A stretch of DNA of 64,000 nt from an uncultured delta proteobacterium (lineage in GTDB: Bacteria > Desulfobacterota > Binatia > DP-6): positions 832,001 to 896,000 of the forward strand of contig CAWFFN010000005.1 of assembly GCA_963815115.1 (NCBI GenBank). The letters run 5' to 3'. A model generated the notes under the pieces. It ran no database searches. It was not told where the DNA came from and worked only from the letters and a program-made list of their open reading frames with translations. Shown in pieces: positions 41,264 to 53,635 of this stretch. Each line of letters begins with the position of its first letter. Positions within the stretch are counted from its first letter, which is position 1. The translations under genes and the position numbers were made by a program.

Positions 41264-41689
41264 CGGGACCGGCTCAGCGATCGATCACGGAAAGTGCAGC
41301 AGCTACGCCCGCCGCTGCGATGCGGGCTCGGTGAAATCTCCTTTCGCGCCAGCCCTGTGGCCGTCCGGGAGATCCGCTGTCACGAGGCTGCCACGCGCCG
41401 GTCATACTGGCGTGGCCGCTCCGGTTCCTCCGACCGGGCGGGTCTTCCGCGCGAAACCTCTCTGCAGAGAGCTGCTCAGTTGCATCTGGCGAACGGGTGA
41501 ACGGTGTCATCCTCCTGTAGACCGGGGATTGTCACTTGTCCACCTCGGCAGATTCCGGAGCAGGCTCGTGATCGGACTCGCCACGATCGAGCGGGACGCA
41601 TGCGGCGGGGCAAGCGGCAGGGTACGCGCAATGCCGAAACACGCGGTCGCGTTCTCCCTCGCGGCCGCAATTCCTGATAGTGGGCTCGC

Positions 41690-42472
41690 GTGAGGCTGAG
41701 AATGCTCGGCGGCCTCGCCGTGGGCATCGCGGCCGCCGCGATGGTGCCGTTCGTGTCACTCGATCACTTCATATTCTTCCCCGACCACGACGTTCCGCCA
41801 CCCCCGCCGGGCGTGGTGGAGCGCTGGTTCACGACCGCTGACGGCGTGCGCCTCCACGCCTGGCACGCCGTCGCCCCCGAGGGGGCGCCGACCCTCGTCT
41901 GGTCGCACGGCAACGCCGGCAACATCGCCGGCCGTGCCCCGGTCTTCCACGCGCTCGCTTCCCGCGGGCTCGGCGTCCTCGCCTACGACTACCGAGGCTA
42001 CGGCAGAAGCGGGGGCACGCCGAGCGAGGCGGGCGTCTACCGCGACGTCGAAGCAGCGTACGACACCGTGGCGCACCCCGGAGCACGCCTCGTCGCGTTC
42101 GGCGAGTCGCTGGGCGGCGCGGTGTCGATCCACCTGGCCACGGTGCGCCCCTGTGCCGCCGTCGTCGTGGTCTCGACGTTCACCACCATGCGCGAGGTGG
42201 CGCGCTTCCACTACGGCGTGGCCGGGCTGCTCGCCGGCGGTGGATTCGATTCGCTCCGCCGCGTCCGCGGCGTCCACGTCCCGCTGCTCGTCGCGCACGG
42301 CGACGAGGACGAGGTGGTGCCGTATGGGCTCGGCCAGGCGCTGTTCGCCGCCGCAGGAGAACCCAAACGCTTCCTCCATCTCCCGGGAGCCCACCACAAC
42401 GACGTGTTCGAGCAGACGGCGCTGCTCGACGCCATCGCTGACTTCGCACGGGCCGCAGCCGCGGCACGATGA
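41690..42472 (+). CDS. Alpha/beta hydrolase (ABHD17/BEM46-like)
   Basis: HGNAGNI, YDYRGYGRS, GESLGG, HGDEDEVV and AHHND. Confidence 0.88.
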   Translation: MRLRMLGGLAVGIAAAAMVPFVSLDHFIFFPDHDVPPPPPGVVERWFTTADGVRLHAWHAVAPEGAPTLVWSHGNAGNIAGRAPVFHALASRGLGVLAYDYRGYGRSGGTPSEAGVYRDVEAAYDTVAHPGARLVAFGESLGGAVSIHLATVRPCAAVVVVSTFTTMREVARFHYGVAGLLAGGGFDSLRRVRGVHVPLLVAHGDEDEVVPYGLGQALFAAAGEPKRFLHLPGAHHNDVFEQTALLDAIADFARAAAAAR

Positions 42473-42515
42473 CGCGCGGTAGCGTCGGGTTTCAGCAGCG
42501 GTCTTCACGATCGAG

Positions 42516-42532
42516 CTTTCCTCCGCACCGCG
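42516..42532 (+). repeat. 17-bp direct repeat, left copy
   Basis: CTTTCCTCCGCACCGCG; partner at 44467-44483. Confidence 0.65.
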
Positions 42533-42551
42533 AAAGGAGCTAACGGGAGCC

Positions 42552-44465
42552 ATGCCCATCCAGCGCAACGAAGTCGGCGCGCACGTCAGCGGCACGAACG
42601 TGGAGTTCGGCGTCTACTTGCCCGGGGTCACCGCGGCCGACGGATTCGACCTGAGGGTCCGGATCATTCACATGGCCGATCAGTTCGTGCCCGAGCTCCC
42701 CTCGGTGCCCCTGTCGCTCGCGTTCGATCCCACGCACCCGCTCGGCTTGTGGAGCCTGTCGGGGGGCGCCGCGGTCGACCTGGCGGCCGTGACCGCGCCG
42801 AGCGGTTCGCACTTCGGGCAGAACGGGCAGTATCTCTATCGCTACGAGCTGCTCCGCAACGACGCGGTGGTCACCAAGATCTTCCTCGATCCGTTCGCGG
42901 TCGAAAATGGACCTGGCCTGCTCGGAGTGTTCACGGTGGGGCCACAACCCGGCTTCTCCTGGACCGACACCGCCTACCAGACCCCGCCCCTCGACGAGCT
43001 CGTCATCTACGAGCTCAACGTGGCCGAGTTCTACGGCACCTTCGCGGGCACCATCGCGCGGCTCGACTACCTCGAAGGGCTGGGCGTGAATTGTCTGTCG
43101 CTGATGCCCATCACTCCCGTCAAACACGAGTTCGATTGGGGATACGGCCCGCTCGGATATCTTGCGCCGGAGGACTCCCTGGGAGGGCCGCTCGGGCTCA
43201 AGCAGCTGGTCGATGCTGCTCACGCGCGCAACATCGCCGTCGTGCTCGACGTCGTCTACGGCCACGCCGACCAGTCCTTCGCCTACAGCGTGGTCTACGA
43301 CGACATCAAGCGCTCGACGGGTCTACACGTCGCGAATCCCATGATGCAGGACCCGAACCAGGACGGCTTCGGCCGCGGATTCGATCACACGCTGGCGTTC
43401 GCACGCCAGTATTGCCTGGAGGCCAACAAGCATTGGCTGGAGGAGTACCACGTCGACGGCTTCCGCTACGACAACGTTCCGGGGTTCTACGATCGCAACC
43501 CCCTGGCCAAGTACGGGACCCTGGTGTTCGACACCTACGTCCACAGCCGCGGGATCGCCCGCTTCGAGGACACGGGGAACTTCAGCCGCATCATTCAGAT
43601 CGCGGAGGACCTGGACAACCCCAGGGACATCCTGCGCAACACGTTCAGCAGCGCTACCTGGCAGGACGGCCTGCTCGGCAAGGTCCGCAACATGGCGGAG
43701 AACGGCAACTACGTCGACGACGATTTCGTGCTCCGCCTCGACCCCGGGTTCGGCGCCGATCCGTTCCCCGATACCAAGGACGCATCACCCGCCGGGGACA
43801 GTCCATTCCCGGTCGCGCCGCTGCAGTACCTCAACTCGCACGACCACAGCTGGTTCATCACCAGCTTTGGGCTCGAACCGCCGCTCACGCCAGACGACAT
43901 CCGCTTCGGCGACCGCAGCCGCTTCTTCAAGATGCAACCCTATGCCATCGCGCTGCTTGCCAGCCGAGGCGTGCCGATGTTGTGGGAGGGCGAGGAGCTC
44001 GGCGAGAACTACGCCATCGCTGGCGCGGGCGCGCTGCGCATCTCGTTTCTTCGGGGCATGCACTGGGAGTACTTCTACGACGAGGACGGAAACCCGCTGG
44101 TACGCCTCTACCGCCGCATGGGTCAGCTGCGCCGCAAGCTGCCCGCGTTGCGCAGCCGCGATTTCTTCTACTTCAACGCGCAGTCGCGCCCCGGGCAGGG
44201 GCTGGTCGCGTTCGAGCGGAGATCGCCGGCGGTCCCGGGGCGCCCGGAACAGATCGCCCTCGTGTTGCTGAACTTCTCCGACAGCCCGGGCACGCTCACC
44301 GTGCCCGCGCCGCGGGCGGGGACCTACCGCGAGATGGTCGATCGCCTCAACCGCACCGCCGAGCTCGACGTGATCGCCGCGAGCGCCAGCGCTCCGCTTG
44401 CCCTCGGCGTGCCCTCCAACTACGGGCAGATCTTCGTCACCCCGCCGCCCGCAGCGGGGATCTGA
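42552..44465 (+). CDS. GH13 alpha-amylase family glycoside hydrolase
   Basis: VIYEL, LMPI, WGY, DVVYGH and catalytic DGFRYD / IAED / NSHD; SD AAGGAG. Confidence 0.9.
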   Translation: MPIQRNEVGAHVSGTNVEFGVYLPGVTAADGFDLRVRIIHMADQFVPELPSVPLSLAFDPTHPLGLWSLSGGAAVDLAAVTAPSGSHFGQNGQYLYRYELLRNDAVVTKIFLDPFAVENGPGLLGVFTVGPQPGFSWTDTAYQTPPLDELVIYELNVAEFYGTFAGTIARLDYLEGLGVNCLSLMPITPVKHEFDWGYGPLGYLAPEDSLGGPLGLKQLVDAAHARNIAVVLDVVYGHADQSFAYSVVYDDIKRSTGLHVANPMMQDPNQDGFGRGFDHTLAFARQYCLEANKHWLEEYHVDGFRYDNVPGFYDRNPLAKYGTLVFDTYVHSRGIARFEDTGNFSRIIQIAEDLDNPRDILRNTFSSATWQDGLLGKVRNMAENGNYVDDDFVLRLDPGFGADPFPDTKDASPAGDSPFPVAPLQYLNSHDHSWFITSFGLEPPLTPDDIRFGDRSRFFKMQPYAIALLASRGVPMLWEGEELGENYAIAGAGALRISFLRGMHWEYFYDEDGNPLVRLYRRMGQLRRKLPALRSRDFFYFNAQSRPGQGLVAFERRSPAVPGRPEQIALVLLNFSDSPGTLTVPAPRAGTYREMVDRLNRTAELDVIAASASAPLALGVPSNYGQIFVTPPPAAGI

Positions 44466-44466
44466 C

Positions 44467-44483
44467 CTCTCCTCCGCACCGCG
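44467..44483 (+). repeat. 17-bp direct repeat, right copy
   Basis: CTCTCCTCCGCACCGCG, one mismatch to 42516-42532. Confidence 0.65.
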
Positions 44484-44606
44484 CTCGCTCGCGGCCGCTG
44501 GTGGCGCGTGACGCCGAACGGCCGCCTTCTCCGCCGACGGCATCGACCACGCCAGCCCGAGTGCCGCCTGCTTGCGCTGTGCGCCGCCGCCCGGCTCTAT
44601 GGCGCC

Positions 44607-45026
44607 ATGGCAGCCGAGGCGAACCCGCTCGAGGAAGGGACCGCTCTCCAGCTCGACTTCGAGAAGCTCCGCCGCATCGCGGAGCGCGATCAGCACGTGG
44701 TCCCGGTCGTCCTGCAGGACGCCGACTCGGGCGAGGTGCTCTTCGTCGGCTACGCCAACGCCGAGGCGTTGCGGGAGACCCTGCGCACCCGGCGGGCGGT
44801 CCTGTGGTCCACCTCGCGCGACGAGCTCTGGCGCAAGGGAGAGACCTCGGGTGACGTCCTCGACCTGGTCGACGTCTCGGTCAACTGCGAGCAGAACTCG
44901 CTCCTCTACCGGGTGCGGCGGCGTGCCGGCGGCGCCTGTCACACGCGCGACGCGAGCGGCCAGAGCCGCCGCGGCTGCTACTACCGCCGGCTGGTCGACT
45001 CGGGCGCGGCGCTCGAGTTCGTCTGA
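44607..45026 (+). CDS. hisI: Phosphoribosyl-AMP cyclohydrolase
   Basis: WSTSRDELWRKGETSG, NCEQNSL, ACHT and GCYYR. Confidence 0.9.
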   Translation: MAAEANPLEEGTALQLDFEKLRRIAERDQHVVPVVLQDADSGEVLFVGYANAEALRETLRTRRAVLWSTSRDELWRKGETSGDVLDLVDVSVNCEQNSLLYRVRRRAGGACHTRDASGQSRRGCYYRRLVDSGAALEFV

Positions 45027-46688
45027 GGCCTGGCGGGCGGCGCAGCGCCCTCGGCCAGCACCAGCGTGGCGCGTTCGACGTTGCCGATGCGTCCCGCGGC
45101 GCTCGCGAGGGGCGGCCCCACGAGCTCCGCGTTCCTGAGCGCCTGGTAGGCCGGCGCCAGGGCGATCACGCCGTCGCCGGGCCGGATGCGCTCGGGGCGT
45201 CGTTCCAGGCTCGGCAGCGGCCGACCCGCATAGACCACCACCGGCCGCACGGTCGGACCGTAGAACGCGAGGCGGCCCGGCGGAAAGCGCGCCGCGGCGG
45301 TGCGGGCGAACGAGGCGAGCGAGTCACTGCTGCTGGAGGCCGCGTCCATCGCCGGCTCCCCGGAGACGAGCCACACGACGCTCGCCGCGGTGACCAGGAC
45401 CACCAGGCCCGCCCAGGCACGGCAGGCGATGGCGACGGCCGCCATGCCGGCGACGATTCCCATCACCATGGCCGTCGCGCCGACGCCGCCGAGCGCCGTG
45501 ACGACCGCGTCACGGGTCAGCTGATCCGACTCGGAGAGCCACGTCGGATGCTCGACGAAGACGAGGACGGCGCCGGTGACGGCCAGCATGAAGGCGGCCG
45601 CGACCGCGGCCGAGACGCGGGTCACGCGCAGCGGCGTGAGCGGCGCCCGCAACAGCGCGATCAACAGCGGCGCCGTCAGGAGGGCCAGCGGCGGCACCGA
45701 CGGCAGCAGGTAGTAGCGGAGCTTCCACTCCGCCGGCGTGAACACCAGAACCGGCGCCACGGCCCAGCACAGGAGGAAGCGTGCGCGCGGATCGCGCAGG
45801 CCGCCGCGGCGCCAGAGCTGCCAGAGGGCGACGGCAACGAACGGCGTCCAGGGCCAGACGATTGCGGGAAGGTGCTGGGGGTAGAAGAGAAGATGATAGT
45901 ACCACGGCCGGCGCGAGTAGGCCTCGCCCGAGGCGAGGCCGCCGGCGAGGTTGCGCACGTAGCGTCCGACGAGATGCTCGTGGACGAAAAGGTCGCCCCA
46001 GCCGGCCCAGGCGAGCGCGTACCACCCCAGGCCGAGGACGGCGAACGCGACCACGCCGGCGGGCGTCAGAAACGACGTGAGACGGCGGAGCTGCCCCTGC
46101 CAGAGCAGGAAGAGGATCAGCGTGACGGCGAAGAGCGCCGGCGCCACCGGACCCTTGGCGAGCACCCCGAGGCCGACGAGCGCCAGCGCCATGGCGGCGC
46201 GACGGCGGTCGCCCTCGAGCGACCAGCGGTAGGCCTGGCCGAGCGCCAGGCAGAGCAGCAGGACGAGGAGCGCGTCGGGCCGGGCGACGCGCGCGTGGGC
46301 GAACACCGAACGGGTGGTGGCGAGCACGACGCCCGCCGCGAGCCCCGCGGGCGGCCCGAGAAGCCAGCTGCCGAACTCGACGGTCCACCAGACCATCCCG
46401 GCGGCCGCCAGGATGGAGGGTGCGCGGACCGCCGTCTCGGAGAATCCGCCGGCCGCGCAGGGAATCGCCGCCAGCCAGTGGTAGAGCGTCGGCTTGTCGG
46501 GAAGGAGCTCCTGGTTGAAGCGCGGCCACAGCCAGTGGCCGGCGACCATGTCCTGCACGATGCCCGCCTCCCGCGCCTCGTCGTCGCCGACGATGGCGAC
46601 GTTGCCGGTGCCGTGGAGCGCGAGCAGGACGTAGGCGAGCGCCAGCAGCACGCCCCGCGTTCGCGGCGACGCGAGTCGCCGCGCGAGA

Positions 46689-46705
<17 letters not shown>
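44981..46705 (-). CDS. ArnT/PMT-2-like GT-C membrane glycosyltransferase
   Basis: [31 protein letters not shown] and [13 protein letters not shown]. Confidence 0.85.
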
Positions 46706-49012
<2,307 letters not shown>

Positions 49013-49026
49013 CTAAATCCGGCGCG

Positions 49027-50361
49027 GTGCCGCGCCGCCTCCTGCTGCAACTCCTGGCCCTCTTGGCGGCCGGTGTCCCGCGCACGGCTGCGCCGGTGAC
49101 CCTTCCGGTCGAAGCGTTCAGCTTGCCGAACGGGCTGCGCGTGCTGGTGCACGAGGATCACTCGACGCCGGTGATCTCGTCCTACGTGTTCTTCCGCGCC
49201 GGCTCGCGCAACGAGCACTGCGGCGCCACCGGCATCGCGCATCTCTTCGAGCACATGATGTTCAACGGCGGGAAGAAGTACGGCCCCGGCATGTTCGACG
49301 ATCTCATCGAGGGGAACGGGGGCAACACCAACGGCTTCACCACGCGCGACTTCACCGCCTACCTGAACAACTTTCCTCGCGCCGCGCTCCCGCTCGTGCT
49401 CGACATCGAGGCCGACCGCATGTGGCATCTCGCGCTCACCCCGAAGAACCTCGAGCAGGAGCGCGGCATCGTGATGGAGGAGCGCCGGCTGCGCATCGAC
49501 AACGACGTCGACGGCACCATGAACGAGGAACTCTACCTGCAGGCCTACCAGCGCAGCCCGTACCGCTGGAACACGGTCGGCTTCATGGAGGATCTTCGCA
49601 ACATCACGCTGGAGCAGGCCAAGGCGTACTTCGAGACCTACTACGCGCCCGACAACGCGGTGCTGGTGCTCGCGGGTGACGTGACCTCCGAGGCCGCGAT
49701 GACCCTGGTACGCCGGATCTTCGGTCCCATTCCGCGCCGCCCGCCGCCGCCGCCCGTGGACGCGGAAGAGCCGGTGCAGGACGGGGAGCGTATCATCCGC
49801 GTGCGCAAGCAAGCCGAGCTGCCGGCCGTGCTGCTCGGCTATCACGGCGTGCGTGCGTTGGATGCCGACCGGGCCGCGCTCGACGTCGCGGCGCGCGTGC
49901 TCACCGGCGGCGAGAGCAGCCGGCTGACCCTCGACCTCGTGCGCACGCGCGAGGTGGCCACCTCCGTGGGCGCGGACCTCCAGTGGGGCATCGACCCCGA
50001 CCTGTTCCTGATCTACGCCAAGGCGAAGCCGGGGAAGACGGCGGACGATCTCCTCCACGGCATCGACGACGGCGTCGCCAGGCTCGGTAGCGATCCGGTG
50101 ACGCCGGAGGAGCTGTCCCGCGCCAAGCGGCAGCTCCGCATGGAGCTGGTGAAGGGGCTCAAGACCGACAGCGGGAAGGCGAACCAGCTGGGCTACTTCG
50201 AGGTGGTGTTCGGGGACTACCGCAAGCTGTTCGATCTGGAGGCGGCCTGGGACGCGGTCAGCGCGGCCGACGTGCAGCGCGTCGCCTCGACCTATCTCCG
50301 GCTCGAGAAGCGCACCACGGTCGTGCTCCAGCCGGTAGCGGCGGAGGGACACGCGCGATGA
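49027..50361 (+). CDS. M16B zinc peptidase, catalytic subunit
   Basis: GIAHLFEHMMF (HxxEH), NGFT, EERR and YYAPDNA. Confidence 0.92.
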   Translation: MPRRLLLQLLALLAAGVPRTAAPVTLPVEAFSLPNGLRVLVHEDHSTPVISSYVFFRAGSRNEHCGATGIAHLFEHMMFNGGKKYGPGMFDDLIEGNGGNTNGFTTRDFTAYLNNFPRAALPLVLDIEADRMWHLALTPKNLEQERGIVMEERRLRIDNDVDGTMNEELYLQAYQRSPYRWNTVGFMEDLRNITLEQAKAYFETYYAPDNAVLVLAGDVTSEAAMTLVRRIFGPIPRRPPPPPVDAEEPVQDGERIIRVRKQAELPAVLLGYHGVRALDADRAALDVAARVLTGGESSRLTLDLVRTREVATSVGADLQWGIDPDLFLIYAKAKPGKTADDLLHGIDDGVARLGSDPVTPEELSRAKRQLRMELVKGLKTDSGKANQLGYFEVVFGDYRKLFDLEAAWDAVSAADVQRVASTYLRLEKRTTVVLQPVAAEGHAR

Positions 50362-51762
50362 CCCGCGGCGCGGCGCTCGCCCTCGCGCTGTTCCTCCCCC
50401 TCGTCGCACGCGCGGCGGAGCCGCTGAAGCTGCCGCCGGTGACGCGTCTCACGCTGGAGAACGGCCTCCGGGTCATCGTCGCCGAGACGCACGAGGTGCC
50501 GCTGGTCGAGTTCTACGTCATGGTCGGCGCCGGGGCAGCCCAGGATCCTGCCGGGAAGGCGGGGCTCGCGTCGCTCACGGCCGACGCGCTGACGAGGGGG
50601 GCGGGCAATCTCTCCGCCGAGGAGTTCGCGCGCTCGGTCGACTCTCTCGGCGCGACGCTCGATGCCGCCGCCGGGAGCGACGGCACGATCGTCGACGGGG
50701 AGTTCCTGCGCGACGACTTCGGCGCCGGGCTGGAGCTCCTGCGCGTCGTGCTGCGCGAGCCCACCTTCGCGCGCGACGAGGTGCGGCGCGGCCGTGATGC
50801 ACAGCTCGCCGCTCTCGTGGCGGCGCTCGAGAACCCATCGACGGTGGCCGAGAAGTGCTTCAGCGCCTTCCTCTACGGCAGCTACCCCTACGGGCGATGG
50901 CAGGACGGCAACGCGCGCAGCGTCACGAAGCTCAAACGGGGCGACGTGCGCGACTTCTACGGCCGCTGGTACCGTCCGAACAACACGATTCTCGCCGTCG
51001 TGGGCGACGTCACGGCGGACGACGCCGTGACCCGCATCCGCAATGCCTTCGGCTCCTGGGAAGCGCGGCCCGACGCGGTGCCCGAGCGGGCCGGTCCGCC
51101 GCCGGCCGGTCGGTGCCCGCCGCGTGCTCCTGGTCGACAAGCCGGATGCGAGCCAGGCCCAGATTCGCATCGGCGCGATGGCGATGCGGCGCAACGATTC
51201 GGAGCTGCTCCCCGCGCAGGTCGCCAACACCGTCCTCGGCGGCGGCTTCAGCTCGATCCTGGTGGACGAGCTGCGCATCAAGCGCAGCCTCACGTACGGC
51301 GCGTCGAGCGCCTTCGTGGCGCGCCTCACCGGGGGCGACTTCCGCATCAGCACGTTCTCGAAGAGTCCCACGGCCGTCCAGGCGCTGGCCCTGGCGCTCG
51401 AGGTCGCGGGCGGCTTCCGGCAGCGGCCGATCGATCCCAAGCTGCTCGCCAAGGCCAAGGCCTACCTCCAGGGTCAGTTCCCGCTCCGGCTGGAGACCCC
51501 GGAAGCGCTGGCGGCTCGGCTCGCGGAGATCGAGTTCTTCGGGCTGCCGCAGGACGACCTCGCGACCTACCAGGCGCGTGTCGCCGCGGTGACGCCAGCG
51601 ACCGCCGGCAGCGCGGCGGCGCGCTGGATGCCGGACCCGAGCGGGGTGGCGATCGTGATCGTGGGCAAGGCGGCGGAGATCCGCCCGGCGCTGGAATCGC
51701 GCTTCGACTCCGTGCGGGTGGTCACGCCACCGGGGTGCGACGCGCTGACGCCGACGCCGTAG
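50358..51762 (+). CDS. M16B peptidase, non-catalytic partner subunit; frameshift near 51105
   Basis: LENGLRV, no HxxEH, and YRPNN in one frame; VLGGGFSS and ELRIKRSLTYG in another. Confidence 0.85.
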
Positions 51763-51765
51763 CCC

Positions 51766-53610
51766 TCACCGAGCCATCGGCCCTGGAGCGACGATCCCCC
51801 CCGTCGGTTCCGCGACGGGCACGAAGACCGCCTCGGGGAACTCCCGTGCGAGGCGATCGCGCGCGGACGCGGGCATCCCGTCGTCGAGGACGACGAGGCG
51901 TCCCCCTCGCGCCAATGCTCGCTCGAGGCCCGCGTCCCGCACCGGCAGGCCCGGCCACACGTCGCCGTCCAGGTTGCGCTCCAGGTAGCGTCGCAGCTCG
52001 GGCACAGGGGCCGCGTTGTAGACCTGGACCCGCCCCGCGCCGAGGCCGCGCAGCATCGTGGCGAGGCGCCGCTCGGCAGCCACCCGCGGATCGGGTGCCA
52101 GCCAGCGAACCGCCGGATCGTTCGGCCAGCGGCCGTCGCCGAACTCCGCGCGCTCGCCGTAGACCGCCACGCGCAACCCGCGCTCCCGCGCCCGACCCAG
52201 CAGGTCGTCGCTCGGCAGCGCGAGGACCGCCGTCACCGGTGTCTGGAACATGGTCTCGATCGGGGGCGGGGAGTTGAAGACCACCCAGGGACCCTCGCCG
52301 AGACCGTCTGCCTCGCGCGCGAAGAACCGCACCTCCTCGGCCCACGGCTCCGCGCGCCAGCCCGCGAGCCAGGGTTGCTGAGCGGTGATCACCGCGTGGC
52401 CGAGGAAGGTCATGCAGACGACTACGGCCGCGGCCGCCATCAGGCGCCCCCTCGCCAGCCCGCGCGCCACGAACCAGCCGTACGCGCAGAAGACCACCGG
52501 GAGTGCGATCAGCACGTAGCCGTTCATCTTCGTCGCGGCGAGGGTGAACGCGGCATAGGTCAGCACGAGCCAGGCGACGAGGGGGAGCCAGTCGCGCCGG
52601 CGCGTCACGGCTTTCGCCACGAAGGCGCCGAGCACGAGCCACACGAGCGGGCCGTAGTCGAGTGGCAGGCGTGCCAGATGAAAGGTCCACGACCCTCCGT
52701 GTCCCTCCACCGGATGGAAGAGGCGCACGCCGCCTCGCGCGCTGGCGTCAGCGAAGGCGGCGGGGAACGCGTGCGCCGTGTACAGGGTCCAGGGCAGCGC
52801 CACGAGGATCCCGACCCCGAGGGCAACCGCGGGCGCGGCGAGGGCGGTCGCCGCCGAGACCCGGCGGCCGAGGAGGCAGAACCCGAAGAAGGCCGGGATC
52901 ACCAGCGCCGGCCATTCCTTGGTGAGCCAGGCCAGGCCGAGCACCACGCCCACCGCCAGCGTGCCGGCGCGGAACGCCCGCCGGCGTCGTGCCCCGGCCG
53001 CGGCTGCCGTCCAGGCCGCGACGCACGCACCGAGACCGACGAGTGCCCAGAGGATGGCGTCGACGTGATCCGTCGCCCGCAGACCACCGCCGACGAGGGC
53101 ACAGCGGCCGTGCCAGGCGTGAAAGGCGGCCGCCGCGAGCGACTCGGAGCGGTCGAGAAAGGCGCGGGCGAGCAGGTAGGTGCAGCCGACGGCGGCGGTG
53201 CCGAGCGCCAGGCTCGGCACGCGGAGCGCGAGCTCGCTCGGGCCGAGGACGCCCATCGCTGCGGCCATCAGCCAGAGGGCGAGCGGCGGCTTGTGGAGCC
53301 AGACGTGCGACTGCGTCCACCGGCCCGGGCCGACGTCGACCAGCGGCCGCTCGACGAGGGTCGGGAGGAGCGGATGCTCCATCAGGTGGCGCGCGACGAG
53401 GGCGTGGTAGCGCTCGTCCCATGCGCCCAGCCAGGCGTGCCAGGCGAGATTGGCGCGCAGGATCGCGGCGGTCAGGAGGACGAGCCCGAGCGCCAGTCCG
53501 GAGCGGCCGCGACGGGCGGCGGCGACCGCGCCCGCCGTCGCCGCCGCCGCGGACAGCACGCTCGCCCACCCGAGCCAGTCCATCAAGACCTCGGCCAGGG
53601 CCTCGGGCAC
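51766..53610 (-). CDS. ArnT/PMT-2-like GT-C membrane glycosyltransferase
   Basis: WDERYHALVA, HKPPLALW, ELALRVPS, LTK and VEGH. Confidence 0.8.
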   Translation of the reverse strand: MPEALAEVLMDWLGWASVLSAAAATAGAVAAARRGRSGLALGLVLLTAAILRANLAWHAWLGAWDERYHALVARHLMEHPLLPTLVERPLVDVGPGRWTQSHVWLHKPPLALWLMAAAMGVLGPSELALRVPSLALGTAAVGCTYLLARAFLDRSESLAAAAFHAWHGRCALVGGGLRATDHVDAILWALVGLGACVAAWTAAAAGARRRRAFRAGTLAVGVVLGLAWLTKEWPALVIPAFFGFCLLGRRVSAATALAAPAVALGVGILVALPWTLYTAHAFPAAFADASARGGVRLFHPVEGHGGSWTFHLARLPLDYGPLVWLVLGAFVAKAVTRRRDWLPLVAWLVLTYAAFTLAATKMNGYVLIALPVVFCAYGWFVARGLARGRLMAAAAVVVCMTFLGHAVITAQQPWLAGWRAEPWAEEVRFFAREADGLGEGPWVVFNSPPPIETMFQTPVTAVLALPSDDLLGRARERGLRVAVYGERAEFGDGRWPNDPAVRWLAPDPRVAAERRLATMLRGLGAGRVQVYNAAPVPELRRYLERNLDGDVWPGLPVRDAGLERALARGGRLVVLDDGMPASARDRLAREFPEAVFVPVAEPTGGIVAPGPMAR

Positions 53611-53635
53611 GGCGTCGAGCGCTCGCCCGACGCGG

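Noticed and set aside
50358-52277. 639-aa extended M16 ORF or programmed frameshift
   Set aside because: A single frame break in a GC-rich tract near 51105 without a slippery motif; most likely a sequencing error.
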